This document shows, piece after piece, positions 43,433 to 54,227 of a stretch of 64,000 nucleotides of DNA (positions within the stretch are counted from its first letter, which is position 1; each line of letters opens with the position of its first letter). Source of the DNA: Alphaproteobacteria bacterium (GTDB lineage Bacteria > Pseudomonadota > Alphaproteobacteria > CAAHEQ01 > UBA3637); NCBI GenBank assembly GCA_045655105.1, contig JAZOOQ010000043.1, forward strand, positions 3,204-67,203, given 5' to 3'. Made by a program: the position numbers and the translations under genes. The notes under the pieces were generated by a model, which worked only from the letters and a program-made list of their open reading frames with translations, did not search any database and was not told the DNA's origin.

Positions 43433-46400
43433 GTTGTGTTAACTCCATTAAAGATAAATTTTCAGTCCATAGTAAAAAAGTTTTAACCATCTTATCAGGA
43501 AAAATTTTCTTTAGCAACTTTTTATACATCATCATTTGTTTAATATACGCCATTGGAACAAAAGTTTCGTTAGTAGGAACGTGTTTTCCTGATTTAAAAT
43601 CAACAATTAATACAGAATCTTGAGTGATAACTAATCGGTCAATTTGTCCAGAAATCACTTGGTTGTCAACAACACCAACAATTGGAACTTCCGCTTTGGA
43701 ATCTTTTGAAAATAAATATTTAAATTCTTCTTTTTCAAAAATATCAAATAAATTTTCAGGAATATCCATTCCTTCCGGTTTTAAACGATTTGCAACTTCT
43801 TTTCGTTTATTAGGATCAATATCTGGCAAATATTGCAATAATTGATGGATAAACGTTCCTCGTTTCATCGCATATGCTCTATCTAATCCCAAAACCGTTT
43901 CTGTTTCAATAATCTCATCTTCCATTTTTGATGGCATCAATGGTTTTGAAAGTGGTGTTTCAAGTGGCGCATTTTCAAAAAGAAAAGCGGGCAATTCTAT
44001 TTGTTTTTCTTTAGAAACTTCTTTTTCTTTTATCTCCACTTCTTTTAATTGTGGAGATGTTAAACGAATAATATGATCTTCATCTGGTTTAATATTTTCT
44101 GGAATAGAAGAAAGAATTAAATCATACCAATTACATGTAAATGTTTCTTTTTTCTTTTTCCTATTATCCCAACCGCAGATATAAAGCCGATCTTTTGCTC
44201 TTGTTAAAGCAACATATAATAAGCGGTTTGATTCTTCAAGCTCTAACTCATCTAATTTTTCATACAGATCTTCTACTTCATCTGTTTTTAAAGCAGCTCC
44301 TGCAATCCATAAAGGTAATTGTTCATTGGTCCATAAAAAGGTGGCTTTTGATTTTGGAACACTGCGTGTATCTGGCAAGAAAACAATATTGCCTTGCAAT
44401 CCTTTAGAAGCATGAACCGTCATAATACGAACGGCATCAATACCCGATTGATCTAAATCTCGTTTAATTTCAACCTTTCTGTTAGAAATCCATTTCAAAA
44501 AGTTTTGTAAAGAAGGGATTTCTGTTTCTTCAAAGTGAAGTGTTAAAGATAAAAATTCATCTAAGGCTTCATTTACTTCACTTCCAAGTCTTTCAACAAA
44601 GGCTTTTCTTCCTTTTAATGGACCTAAAAGATATGAGAAAAATTCAAAAACAGGCATTTTATCGGCTTGATTTAATATCAAAGATAATTTTTTTGCCAGC
44701 TCTGGTTTTTCTTTCATAACTTGTTGATATAAAGATAATTCTTTTCGATAATGAGCTAATTTAAATAACTCTTCTTCAGAAAGCTTGAATAACGGACTTT
44801 TAAGCAAACAAGCCAAGTTTAAATCATCTTCTGGCAATAAAACAAATCTTGCAACTGAAATTAAATCTTGAACGGCAATATGCTCTGTTAAAATAATTCT
44901 ATCCACCCCGGCAACAGGAATGTTTCTTTCTTTTAAAGCTCGAACCAATTCAGAAACAATTTTATTGCGACTGCGAACCAAAATCATAATATCACCCGCT
45001 TCAATAGGCGTTCCTCTTGACGGAAGAATTTCTTTTCCAATCATATCTGAAATTTTATTGGCAATTCGTTGAGCAAGCTTTGTGGCGCTTGCAGGTGTTT
45101 TACTTGGTTCTGGGAAACTCCAATTGATCAAGCTTTCTTTTTCTTGCCCTTCTTCTAAAGGCCAAATTTCAACAAGCCCTCCATCTTTTGATCGAAAAGG
45201 GGTATGAATGGCCTCTTCTTTGTCATTTAACAATCCTTTTCTAATTTTTGGATTTTTTAAAGTGAGATTCACTAAATCTAACACGGCTGCTGTTGATCTA
45301 AAAGATACATTAAGTGGAACCGTTTCAAAATTTTTTTCAGATCTTTTAACCTGTTTTTCAAAAAATTGATGCATTTTTTCAAATTCATTTGGATCAGCGC
45401 CTTGAAAGCTATAAATAGATTGTTTTTTATCGCCAACAGCAAAAATGGTTCGAACCAAATCAGGACGCGACCCTAAACCTGAAAAGAATTCTTCAGCAAT
45501 CAAGCGAACAATTTCCCATTGCTCTGGATTTGTATCTTGCGCTTCATCAATTAAAATATGATCAATTCCACCATCTAATTTATATAAAACCCATTGAGAC
45601 ATACCCGATTTTTTAAGCAAATCTCTGGTCAATGAAATTAAATCCGAATAATCTAAAAATGATTCTTCTTTTTTCAGTTTTTTATATCTTTTTAAAATAT
45701 GAGCGATAATATCTGTGATGGCTAAAGTAACTTCAACCAATTTAAATGCTTTTAACCTTTGATTAATCTCATAAATTTGATAGGCTTCATCTTCTTCTTG
45801 ATATTTTTTTAAAATGGTTTCATCTTTTGTGAGATATTTAGATCTGAGCAAAAAGAATTCTTCAATTTCAAAAGATTCTTTAATAATTTCTATAAGCGTT
45901 TGATATTTTTCAATTTTAAAATACTTCTTTAATCGTTGTTCCAAATTATTTTTTTCTTTAAAACTTGTTAAGCGATCATCTAATAAAGATTGATTTTGCA
46001 AAATCATGTCAAAAATATTTTTGATTGCTTTATCATAAAAATAATCACTTAATAAATTTGCTTTTTTCTTGAATTTTGGATGAACAAATGTTTCTGAAAT
46101 TGCTTGATGCATTAAACTATGAGATTTTGTTTCATCAATTACTTCAAATTGCGGCGGAATAGATGCTTCAATTGGAAATCTTTTTAAAATTGATTGGCAA
46201 AAGCTGTGAATAGTCATGATTTTAAGGCCACCAGGTGTTTCCAAAACCTTTACAAATAAGGCTCTTGCAATTTTTAACATTTCTTCAGTTGGTGGAATTC
46301 CTTTTAAATTAAACAAAAGTTTTTCAAGATCTTCATCTTCAGAAATCGCCCACTGTTTAAGCGTTGTTGTGATACGGTTAGCCATTTCAGCAGCAGCAGC

Positions 46401-46577
46401 TTTTGTAAACGTTAAACAAAGCAAACGCTCTGGTTCAGAACCTTGCAATAAAAGGTTTAAAACCCGATCCGTTAAAACTTTCGTTTTTCCAGAACCCGCT
46501 GAGGCTGAAACCCAAACGGAATTTAACGGAAAGGCCGCGGTTTGTTGTTTTTTTGTTATTTCGGCTAATAATTCCAT
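43422..46577 (-). CDS. addA: Double-strand break repair helicase-nuclease AddA
   Basis: UvrD-like helicase with Walker A SAGSGKTKVL and DEAQDTNP. The C-terminal PD-(D/E)XK nuclease reads GQIDRLV...IVDFKSG. Preferred start is the ATG at 46577 (MELLAEI), 1 nt after the addB stop with GAGGAG upstream; the ORF-track start is 46601. Confidence 0.85.
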   Translation of the reverse strand: MELLAEITKKQQTAAFPLNSVWVSASAGSGKTKVLTDRVLNLLLQGSEPERLLCLTFTKAAAAEMANRITTTLKQWAISEDEDLEKLLFNLKGIPPTEEMLKIARALFVKVLETPGGLKIMTIHSFCQSILKRFPIEASIPPQFEVIDETKSHSLMHQAISETFVHPKFKKKANLLSDYFYDKAIKNIFDMILQNQSLLDDRLTSFKEKNNLEQRLKKYFKIEKYQTLIEIIKESFEIEEFFLLRSKYLTKDETILKKYQEEDEAYQIYEINQRLKAFKLVEVTLAITDIIAHILKRYKKLKKEESFLDYSDLISLTRDLLKKSGMSQWVLYKLDGGIDHILIDEAQDTNPEQWEIVRLIAEEFFSGLGSRPDLVRTIFAVGDKKQSIYSFQGADPNEFEKMHQFFEKQVKRSEKNFETVPLNVSFRSTAAVLDLVNLTLKNPKIRKGLLNDKEEAIHTPFRSKDGGLVEIWPLEEGQEKESLINWSFPEPSKTPASATKLAQRIANKISDMIGKEILPSRGTPIEAGDIMILVRSRNKIVSELVRALKERNIPVAGVDRIILTEHIAVQDLISVARFVLLPEDDLNLACLLKSPLFKLSEEELFKLAHYRKELSLYQQVMKEKPELAKKLSLILNQADKMPVFEFFSYLLGPLKGRKAFVERLGSEVNEALDEFLSLTLHFEETEIPSLQNFLKWISNRKVEIKRDLDQSGIDAVRIMTVHASKGLQGNIVFLPDTRSVPKSKATFLWTNEQLPLWIAGAALKTDEVEDLYEKLDELELEESNRLLYVALTRAKDRLYICGWDNRKKKKETFTCNWYDLILSSIPENIKPDEDHIIRLTSPQLKEVEIKEKEVSKEKQIELPAFLFENAPLETPLSKPLMPSKMEDEIIETETVLGLDRAYAMKRGTFIHQLLQYLPDIDPNKRKEVANRLKPEGMDIPENLFDIFEKEEFKYLFSKDSKAEVPIVGVVDNQVISGQIDRLVITQDSVLIVDFKSGKHVPTNETFVPMAYIKQMMMYKKLLKKIFPDKMVKTFLLWTENLSLMELTQHDI

Positions 46578-46578
46578 T

Positions 46579-49386
46579 TTAGGACTCCTCATCTTCTTCA
46601 TTTAACCATTCTTTTTCGCGACTGAGCAAAGCATAATCATTATATGTGACTTTATCCGGACGGGGAGAGGCTGTATAAGGTGTTTCTTCCTCTCTAAATC
46701 GATTTAAAATTTCTTTAACCCCTTCATATGCTTCTTCAATTAATTCAGCTGGATCTTTTTTTGAACGCGTTGAAGGTATAGAAATTTTTTCGCCTCCTTC
46801 GCGTTTGCCATTAATATGCCAATAAGAAAGCTCAATATTCTTTGTTTCTTGAAATTCTTTAAATCCTTTTTCTCTTAAAATAACGGCTTCTAAAGTCATT
46901 TGTGGTGATAACCCAGATTCAACTGCTGTGCTTGAAGGTGGTGTTCCTGTTTTATAGTCAATGATTTCATATGTATTTCCTTTAAGAACATCAATTCTAT
47001 CTGCTTTGGCTGTTAATTTAAATTTAGAATTATCTTTTAACAAAAATTCAATTTCGCCTTTTTGTTCTGGCAAAGATAAAAGCGTAAGTTCTTTACGATT
47101 TTCTTGTTCTTTGGCAATAAATTCAGCAACTTTTTCAATTTTTTCTTCATAAAAAGCTAAACTAGCTTCTTTAAATCCTTTTTCTTTTAAAATCTCAAGA
47201 ATTCGCTCTTTAAGATCACTGGCACAAACATTTAAATAGTCTTTTTTAAAAAATTCTTCTAAAGCTTGATGAAGAGCTGATCCATATACTAAATTTTCTT
47301 TTAAATCATCAATATCATTTAAAGGGAATAATTTTAAGATATATTTTGCATAAACAGCATATGGATTTTTCATTAATAATTCAATATTTGTTACAGATAG
47401 CTCGGTTGGTCTTGCAGAAACGGGTGGTGTTGGAGCAGGGCGCTCTGTTTGTTCAATTTTATCTGTTTTATCTAAAAGCCTTGCATAATCAGGAGATTGA
47501 ATATCCCATTTGACATTACTGGCATTTAACACAGCTTCCATTCTTGAAAGAAATCTGGAAGGAATGGTTTGAGAGCCATCTGATTTCACTGATCTTGTTA
47601 AATAAACTTCTGGGCTTAAAAAACAATGGGCAAAATCCATACTTTGAGAAGCAATTTTATTTTCAATTGCGGGCAATTTTAGAGATTTACGCATTCCTCT
47701 TGAAAGCCAAGGACCCATATCTGAGAGCATGGGGAAAGATCCTTCATTTAATCCAGAAATAATGCAAACATCAGGGTGCGTTAACCTTGCTTCAATTGGC
47801 CCTAAAATATCTAATCTTTGATGCATTCCATATCTGGCACGTACGCTGATGCCAGATAAAAATAATTCAATAATATTTGGATAATCTTGAGGCTGAATCA
47901 TGCCAAATTTGGCCCCATGTTCTTTAAGTTCTACAAAAAGTTTATAAGCTTCTTGACCTGCTTGACTTTCCCAGAGTCGTTCAACGCCCGTTCTATCCGA
48001 ACTGTTTGCTAGTTCTTCTGCAATTTTTAAATGTTCATTTAAGATTTCTTCAAATTCAACAGGTTTATTTTCCATAAAAAAGGAAAGAAATTTATCTAAA
48101 GAGGTGTTCAACTGCATTTGAAATGGTTTTTGATCTTTACGGGCAATTTTTTCAGCTTTTTTAACTTCTTTTCTAAACTCTGTGGGCAGTTTTCCATCTG
48201 AACTAAGTGGATGTTTTAATAAAGAAAGCAATGGGCTAGAAGAAGTTAAATCCTTTCCAAGTGCTGCAATTAAAGATAAATAAACACCAGCAGGTGTGTG
48301 ATGTAATGGTGTTCCTGCTGAATCATCTAATTCAACACCCCATCTTTTCATTTCTAAGATTACACGACGGGCAAGCATTCGATCATTTGTCACCAATGCG
48401 GCTGTTTTTAAAGGTGTTTCAAGCGTTTCGCGTAAAATAAGTGCAATTGTTAAAGCTTCCTCGTTAATATTTTCACAATCAATTCTGGTAACATTTTTTA
48501 AAACAGAGTCATCTAAATTTAATGTTCTCCATTCTGAAACTTGATCAGCTGGTCTTAATGATTCAATAATAAATTCTTCACGTGGCAAAAAATCACCAGA
48601 AAGGTTTTCAATTTGTTGTGGATAAAGTTTAAGCAAGGATAAAAGTTTTTTAAACGAATAATGATAATGATTTTCATCAATAGAATTTAAATCATCTGTT
48701 GTGAGCTCTGTATTTAACCCTTGCAATAAAATCAATGCATTATCAAGTTTACTGAGTTCGCCTATTAATCGAACAACAGCAGGGATTGCCCCATCAAAAC
48801 CCGCCATTATAATTTGATTTTTAGGAGGATTTTTTTGAATCTTTCTAATAAAGGCATTAATGAGTCTGATTTTCCTATCTTGCAGATCAATTAATCCTTT
48901 TTCTTTTAACAAAGCGGGCCAAACAGTTTGAATAATATCTAAAAAATCAATGGTTTCATTCCAATGCTTTGCCAAATCCATATCTGGAACTAATTTATCT
49001 AAATCATCAAATGAAGCTTCATATTGATAAAATTCATCTAATAAACCACTTAAACTCACCGCTATGGTTAAAGCATGGTCAAATGTTTCAATATTTGGTT
49101 TTTTTTGACATAATCTTGTTAACAAAATTAAGCGTTCAATATTTGAAATGGCTTCTGGGATATCTTCTTCTAATGATTCAATATCATATAATGGTGTTAA
49201 TTTTGGTAACAAAAGGGGCGTATTTTCGCATTTTTTAACAAAAGTATCTTTAACTGTTTTCACCGCCCGTTTGGTTGGCAAAATAATTTCCATTTTTGCA
49301 ATTTCAAAAGGATCTTTTGTTTTTTCTAAAATAAAATCAACTAATTTTAAAGCAAAATCATCTGTTAAATTTAATGTATAAATCAT
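46579..49386 (-). CDS. addB: Double-strand break repair protein AddB (alphaproteobacterial type)
   Basis: 935-aa ORF immediately upstream of addA. C-terminal nuclease motif KADRIDV...EIIDYKTG. No canonical Walker A noticed, as expected for this AddB type. Confidence 0.8.
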   Translation of the reverse strand: MIYTLNLTDDFALKLVDFILEKTKDPFEIAKMEIILPTKRAVKTVKDTFVKKCENTPLLLPKLTPLYDIESLEEDIPEAISNIERLILLTRLCQKKPNIETFDHALTIAVSLSGLLDEFYQYEASFDDLDKLVPDMDLAKHWNETIDFLDIIQTVWPALLKEKGLIDLQDRKIRLINAFIRKIQKNPPKNQIIMAGFDGAIPAVVRLIGELSKLDNALILLQGLNTELTTDDLNSIDENHYHYSFKKLLSLLKLYPQQIENLSGDFLPREEFIIESLRPADQVSEWRTLNLDDSVLKNVTRIDCENINEEALTIALILRETLETPLKTAALVTNDRMLARRVILEMKRWGVELDDSAGTPLHHTPAGVYLSLIAALGKDLTSSSPLLSLLKHPLSSDGKLPTEFRKEVKKAEKIARKDQKPFQMQLNTSLDKFLSFFMENKPVEFEEILNEHLKIAEELANSSDRTGVERLWESQAGQEAYKLFVELKEHGAKFGMIQPQDYPNIIELFLSGISVRARYGMHQRLDILGPIEARLTHPDVCIISGLNEGSFPMLSDMGPWLSRGMRKSLKLPAIENKIASQSMDFAHCFLSPEVYLTRSVKSDGSQTIPSRFLSRMEAVLNASNVKWDIQSPDYARLLDKTDKIEQTERPAPTPPVSARPTELSVTNIELLMKNPYAVYAKYILKLFPLNDIDDLKENLVYGSALHQALEEFFKKDYLNVCASDLKERILEILKEKGFKEASLAFYEEKIEKVAEFIAKEQENRKELTLLSLPEQKGEIEFLLKDNSKFKLTAKADRIDVLKGNTYEIIDYKTGTPPSSTAVESGLSPQMTLEAVILREKGFKEFQETKNIELSYWHINGKREGGEKISIPSTRSKKDPAELIEEAYEGVKEILNRFREEETPYTASPRPDKVTYNDYALLSREKEWLNEEDEES

Positions 49387-49388
49387 TG

Positions 49389-50111
49389 CTAACCTAAAGA
49401 AAAAAGAGATTCTGTTTCAATAACAGCTTCAGGCGTTCCCACGTGAAACCAGCGTCCATCAAAAACAATATAGCTTAATTTACCTTCTTGCTCAGCTTTA
49501 TCATATAAATCTCTTAATGAAAAAGCATCTGGTAGGGAGGTGTTAAAAATTCTTGGATGCAAAATTTGAATTCCCATAAAAAGATATGGAATATTTTTTT
49601 CACCTTCTTTTTTGCGTCTTGGTTTGTTGTTTTCAATAAAATAATTGCCATCTGGAACATCCCCAAAGGCCTTTTCAATTGGCACAAGCGCAAGCAAAAT
49701 ATCCATTTTATCTGGATCCCATGCTTTTTCTAATTGAGATAATATAGATAAACCTGGTTCATCCCATAATGGATCTGCATTTAAAACAAAAAAACCATTT
49801 TCTCCTTTATTTTTCATTAAAAGAGGAAGGGCTTTTTTAACACCGCCTCCTGTTTCAAGAGGATCTTTTTCTTCAGAAAAATCAACTAAAAGTGTTGTTG
49901 ATTTCATCACTTCTTCTTTAATCATTTCCCCTTTATAACAGGTGTTAATCACAATGTTTTGAAGCCCATGATTTTCAATTTTTTCAAGAATATGACCAAG
50001 CAATGTATTGTGACAAACTTGAACCAATGGTTTTGGTTTATCCACTGTTAAATGTTTCATTCTAGTGCCACGGCCTGCTGCTAAAACCATTGCTGTTTGA
50101 ATTTTATTCAT
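49389..50111 (-). CDS. Sugar-phosphate nucleotidyltransferase (MurU-like)
   Basis: 240-aa ORF with the N-terminal LAAGRGTRMKHLT-DKPKPLV motif. It occupies the conserved position between the kinase-like gene and addB. Confidence 0.75.
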   Translation of the reverse strand: MNKIQTAMVLAAGRGTRMKHLTVDKPKPLVQVCHNTLLGHILEKIENHGLQNIVINTCYKGEMIKEEVMKSTTLLVDFSEEKDPLETGGGVKKALPLLMKNKGENGFFVLNADPLWDEPGLSILSQLEKAWDPDKMDILLALVPIEKAFGDVPDGNYFIENNKPRRKKEGEKNIPYLFMGIQILHPRIFNTSLPDAFSLRDLYDKAEQEGKLSYIVFDGRWFHVGTPEAVIETESLFSLG

Positions 50112-50114
50112 TTT

Positions 50115-51110
50115 TTAATCCTCTTGAAAGGGAACTTTGGATCGAATATCATGGGGAACATGTTTATCAAGCCAATTTTTATATTTTAATAAAAGTGGGT
50201 TATCCAAATGTTTTTCCAATAAAGACCAAACAAAAGGGATATGTTTTAAATAACGATTTTTATTATCTCTCACAAACAAACGAACAAAAATTCCAATCAC
50301 TTTTGTGTGTCGTTGAACGGCCATTAATGGATAAGCTTCTTTAAACTCTTTAGTGTTAAAAGAAGGCAATTCGTTAAAATATAACTCAAGCATTTCATCT
50401 TGGATTTCTTGCTTTACTTCACGTCTTGCATCTTCAAGCAAGGAGGCTAAGTCATAGGTAACTGGTCCAAAACGGGCATCTTGAAAATCAAGCAAACCAC
50501 AATCACCAGATTTCGTGATCATTAAATTATCAACATGGTAATCAAGTAACACCAATGTATTTGGAACTTTTTTAATTTTTTCATAAAGTTCTTTCCAAAT
50601 CTCTTCAAATTCAGCCATGTCTTCCTGAGATAATTCTTTTTTAACCACATATTTAATATACCAAAGTGGGAGGAGGGAGGCTTCAAACAACATTAAGTCC
50701 CAATCATATTCTTTTAAGCCTTGATTAGCTGAAACTTTTTTTTGCAAATGAATCAAAGATTGAACTGCTTGTCTATAAAGCTCTTTTTCATCATATCCCT
50801 TATTAATCAGTTTTGTAAAAGTATCATCACCAAAATCTTCTAACAATAAAAAACCATTTTCAAGATCTCTATGAAAGATATGAGGCACTTTTAAACCGAT
50901 CTCTTCAAGCAATTCATCAACAAAAACAAACTGAGCTGGATTTTCTTTTCCAACAGGGGCATTCATTAAAACCATTGTTTCGCCTGTTTCTTTTTCAAGA
51001 CGATCATACCATCTAAAAGAAGCATCATGAGCAAGCAAACTTTTTTTTGCGGTATGCCACCCTGTATTTTTTAAAAAACTTTCAAGAGCATAATTTTCAG
51101 ATATAGACAT
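50115..51110 (-). CDS. Aminoglycoside phosphotransferase-fold kinase (AmgK-like anomeric sugar kinase)
   Basis: 331-aa ORF with the Brenner-type motif LLDYHVDNLMI and LLDFQDARFGPVTYDLASLL. Confidence 0.7.
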   Translation of the reverse strand: MSISENYALESFLKNTGWHTAKKSLLAHDASFRWYDRLEKETGETMVLMNAPVGKENPAQFVFVDELLEEIGLKVPHIFHRDLENGFLLLEDFGDDTFTKLINKGYDEKELYRQAVQSLIHLQKKVSANQGLKEYDWDLMLFEASLLPLWYIKYVVKKELSQEDMAEFEEIWKELYEKIKKVPNTLVLLDYHVDNLMITKSGDCGLLDFQDARFGPVTYDLASLLEDARREVKQEIQDEMLELYFNELPSFNTKEFKEAYPLMAVQRHTKVIGIFVRLFVRDNKNRYLKHIPFVWSLLEKHLDNPLLLKYKNWLDKHVPHDIRSKVPFQED

Positions 51111-51115
51111 TTTTT

Positions 51116-51532
51116 TTACTCCTCAATGGTGATTAATCTTGATTGATCTTCTTGAATTAATATAGTGATTTTAATAGCATTTTTAGGTAATAACGAACCA
51201 ATTTTTTCTGGCCATTCAATAAGGCTAACTCCTTCAACAAATGCATCTTCAATTCCAATTTCAAAAGCTTCATCTTCTTTTTTTAAACGATACATATCAA
51301 AATGATAAATATCAAAGTCATTCGCTTCGTATGTTTGCAAAATCGTAAACGTTGGGCTCGGAACATCTTTCACATTTGGGCACAAAGATTGAATAAATCC
51401 TCGGCAAAACGCACTTTTGCCAGCTCCTAATGTTCCATAAAGTGCAAACACTGTTCCTGCTTTAGCAGTTTTAGCAATTTGTGCTGCAATTTTAATGGTT
51501 TCTTGTTCGTTTTTTGAAATGAATTGTTGCAT
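51116..51532 (-). CDS. tsaE: tRNA t6A biosynthesis ATPase TsaE
   Basis: 138-aa ORF with YGTLGAGKSAFCRG, SPTFT and HFDMYRL motifs. Confidence 0.85.
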   Translation of the reverse strand: MQQFISKNEQETIKIAAQIAKTAKAGTVFALYGTLGAGKSAFCRGFIQSLCPNVKDVPSPTFTILQTYEANDFDIYHFDMYRLKKEDEAFEIGIEDAFVEGVSLIEWPEKIGSLLPKNAIKITILIQEDQSRLITIEE

Positions 51533-51619
51533 TTGTTTATCCCTATATAAGCTTATTCAGCATAAATGAAAAAAAGACAAAAAAGCAAGCTTTTTTGCCT
51601 TTTTTTATTAAAAATATTC

Positions 51620-52093
51620 TTATTTACTTTCAGCTGCTTTTTGAGCTTGAATTTGTTGAATTTTTGCTTGATAAAGCCCAGCAAAGTCAATCGGATTAAT
51701 TTGAAGAGGAGGTAATCCTGCTTCTCTTGTTGTATTTGAAACAATTGAGCGCACATATGGGAACAATAAGTGTGGAATTTCAACTAATAATACAGGTTCA
51801 ACATGTTCTTGTGGCACATTTAATGTTACTAAAGCACCATATGTTAAATCACAAATGAAAACAGGTTTTTTTGTATCAACTGTTTGAGCTGCAGCTTTTG
51901 CATTTAATTCAACTGTAAACATATTTTCTTGATTTGTTTTAGAAACTTGGATATCAACATTTACACTGATTTCTGGTGCAGCTGTGATTTCTGTTAAAAT
52001 TTGAGGCATTCCTGGTGCTTCAAATGATAAATCCTTAATATATTGAGCATTTACTTGAATGTTTGGTGTATTTTGTGTCTCGTTTTTAGTCAT
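51620..52093 (-). CDS. secB: Protein-export chaperone SecB
   Basis: 157-aa ORF with the typical SecB N-terminal pattern (NAQYIKDLSFEAP) and PFIRE-like LLFPYVRSIVSNTTREAG. Confidence 0.85.
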   Translation of the reverse strand: MTKNETQNTPNIQVNAQYIKDLSFEAPGMPQILTEITAAPEISVNVDIQVSKTNQENMFTVELNAKAAAQTVDTKKPVFICDLTYGALVTLNVPQEHVEPVLLVEIPHLLFPYVRSIVSNTTREAGLPPLQINPIDFAGLYQAKIQQIQAQKAAESK

Positions 52094-52185
52094 TTTTAAA
52101 ATTCCTCTTGAAATAAAATCAATTTTTAGGTTATATTACAATAATGTTTATACGCGCGTTTTTTTAAGATGTAAAGGAAAAATAT

Positions 52186-52782
52186 ATGTCATTTGAAAAT
52201 ATTGTTTTATTGGGTATTGTTCTTGTTTTAGGAATTATGTTATTTAAACACACGGATGCTCCTTCTTCAAAAAAAAGAAACAGGGGTCAAATTCCTGGAA
52301 AAATTAGATTTATTTCAGAACAAACCGGTGAAATAATTGAAATGAATTTAATTGATCAATCAAAAAAATCCATTAAAGAATTTAGTGAAGAAACATTTTT
52401 AGCCAATGCAAAACTTGCTTTTCAATTGATCACAGATTCTTTTACGAAAGGAGATATTGCAAGCCTTAAAAAACTTTTAATACCAGAACTTTATTCTGTT
52501 TTTGAAAAAGAAGTTTTGGATAGAAAAGAAAAAAAACATATTGTTGATTTTTCTCTTATTTGTTTTGATTCAGTTAAAATTTTGAATAAATCTTTAAATA
52601 AAGAAGAAGTAACAGTTCAATTTGTAACAGAACAAATCAATCTTTTAAAAGATGCAGAAGGAAAAGTGATTGAAGGAGATGAAATGAGCGTTGCTACTGT
52701 TACAGATACATGGACATTCAAACGCAAAAACAAAACAAAATGGGTTGTAAGCGCAACAAAGAGCGGAGCGATCTATGGTTAA
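52186..52782 (+). CDS. Tim44-like domain membrane protein
   Basis: 198-aa ORF with an N-terminal TM segment and a C-terminal Tim44-like pattern (WTFKR...W). It sits in the conserved alphaproteobacterial position between secB and mltA. Confidence 0.7.
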   Translation: MSFENIVLLGIVLVLGIMLFKHTDAPSSKKRNRGQIPGKIRFISEQTGEIIEMNLIDQSKKSIKEFSEETFLANAKLAFQLITDSFTKGDIASLKKLLIPELYSVFEKEVLDRKEKKHIVDFSLICFDSVKILNKSLNKEEVTVQFVTEQINLLKDAEGKVIEGDEMSVATVTDTWTFKRKNKTKWVVSATKSGAIYG

Positions 52783-53806
52783 AAATATGTCTTTTGCCAG
52801 TATTTTACTTTTCTCAGCGTCCCTCATTATCACTGGTTGCACTTCAACGCATTCGCTTTCTCAAGGACGATCCTTTAAATTAAAACAAGTTTCCTTCTCT
52901 GAATTAAATGGCTGGGAAGAAGATAATTTAAAAGAAGCAATGCCTGGCATGATTGCCTCTTGCAAAAAACCAATCAAAATGTTTTCTGGATTTTGCAAGA
53001 ATTTGCCACAATATAGATATGCCTCATCTGATGAAATCAAAGCTTATTTTGAAAAAACACTGAACCCTTATCAAGTGATTTCATATGGTCAAAAAACAGG
53101 CACGATTACAGGTTATTATGAAGCAGAATTAACTGGAACACTTAAGCGAACAAGTTCAAGTCAAATTCCAATTTATGGATTGCCTAAAGGATATAAAAAT
53201 GGCAAAAAATATCCTGAACGAGAAGAAATTGAAGAAGAGGGGATTGATGCTCCAATTCTTGCTTGGGCAGATGATCCTGTTGAATTATTTATTTTGCATA
53301 TTCAAGGCTCAGGGCGTTTAATTACTCCTGAAGGAGAAATTAAACTAGGTTATGCTGGTAATAATGCTCGTGAATTTAAAAAACTAAGTCAAATTTTAAA
53401 AGATTACGATGTTGATTTGCCCTCATATTCTATGCCATCCATGAAAAAATGGTTGCAAGCAAACCCTGAAAAAGCAAGAAAATTAATGGCAAAAAATCCT
53501 CGTTTTATTTTCTTTAAGGAAATAAAAGGAGACTCTCCTTATGGCGCAGCTGGCGTTGTTTTAACTCCAGAACGCTCTGTAGCTGTTGATAAAAACTTTA
53601 TTCCACTGAACACGCCAATGTGGTTAAATACAAAAGATCCAAATGGATATAATATTCAAAAGCTTGTTATTGCTCAAGATATCGGTAGCGCCATTAAAGG
53701 TGGTATTCGAGCTGATTATTTTTGGGGTCATGGCGAAGTTGCTTTTGAAAAAGCAGGTCGTATGAAAAGTGTTGGATCTTATTATTTATTATTACCGAAA
53801 GATTAA
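52775..53806 (+). CDS. mltA: Murein transglycosylase A
   Basis: 343-aa ORF with lipobox-like IITGCTS. MltA pattern: TGYYEAEL, LHIQGSGRL, VAVDKNFIPLNTPMWL, AQDIGSAIKG. Confidence 0.85.
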   Translation: MVKNMSFASILLFSASLIITGCTSTHSLSQGRSFKLKQVSFSELNGWEEDNLKEAMPGMIASCKKPIKMFSGFCKNLPQYRYASSDEIKAYFEKTLNPYQVISYGQKTGTITGYYEAELTGTLKRTSSSQIPIYGLPKGYKNGKKYPEREEIEEEGIDAPILAWADDPVELFILHIQGSGRLITPEGEIKLGYAGNNAREFKKLSQILKDYDVDLPSYSMPSMKKWLQANPEKARKLMAKNPRFIFFKEIKGDSPYGAAGVVLTPERSVAVDKNFIPLNTPMWLNTKDPNGYNIQKLVIAQDIGSAIKGGIRADYFWGHGEVAFEKAGRMKSVGSYYLLLPKD

Positions 53807-53807
53807 A

Positions 53808-54227
53808 ATGACAGAAGAGGATTTAGCTTATTGGTCATTATTTATTTCTTCAATCAAGCCTCTAAAGCAAAAAAAAGGGGTTGAACGAGTTAAGCCTGTT
53901 TTAAAAGAACGCTTAAAAATTAAGCCAAAACCAGAAAAACAGCTTTCTTATATCCTTGATTTACATGGATTAACCTTACAAGAAGCTTATGCAACTGTTT
54001 TTAAATTCATTAATCTTCATTTTGCTTTATCTTCCAAATCTATTTTAATTATCACGGGGAAAGGTTTAAAAGGCGAAGGGAAAATTAAAAAAGAAATCTC
54101 TTTTTGGTTCGAAACTGATAAATTTAAAGAAAAAATTTCAAAGTATGAAGTTGAAAATGAAGGTGGAGCAATCCGTCTTTATCTCAAAAAAGAAAAAGGA
54201 ACAAAAAAATGTCAACTGAAAAAATAA
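53808..54227 (+). CDS. Smr-domain protein
   Basis: Start moved to the ATG at 53808 (MTEEDLAYW). LDLHGLTLQEA and ITGKG motifs. The ORF-track start at 53769 overlaps mltA. Confidence 0.7.
   Translation: MTEEDLAYWSLFISSIKPLKQKKGVERVKPVLKERLKIKPKPEKQLSYILDLHGLTLQEAYATVFKFINLHFALSSKSILIITGKGLKGEGKIKKEISFWFETDKFKEKISKYEVENEGGAIRLYLKKEKGTKKCQLKK

Noticed and set aside
51553-51783. 76-aa ORF overlapping the 3' end of secB.
   Set aside because: It is out of frame with, and overlaps, a well-supported secB. It has a low-complexity K/L/F composition and no RBS.
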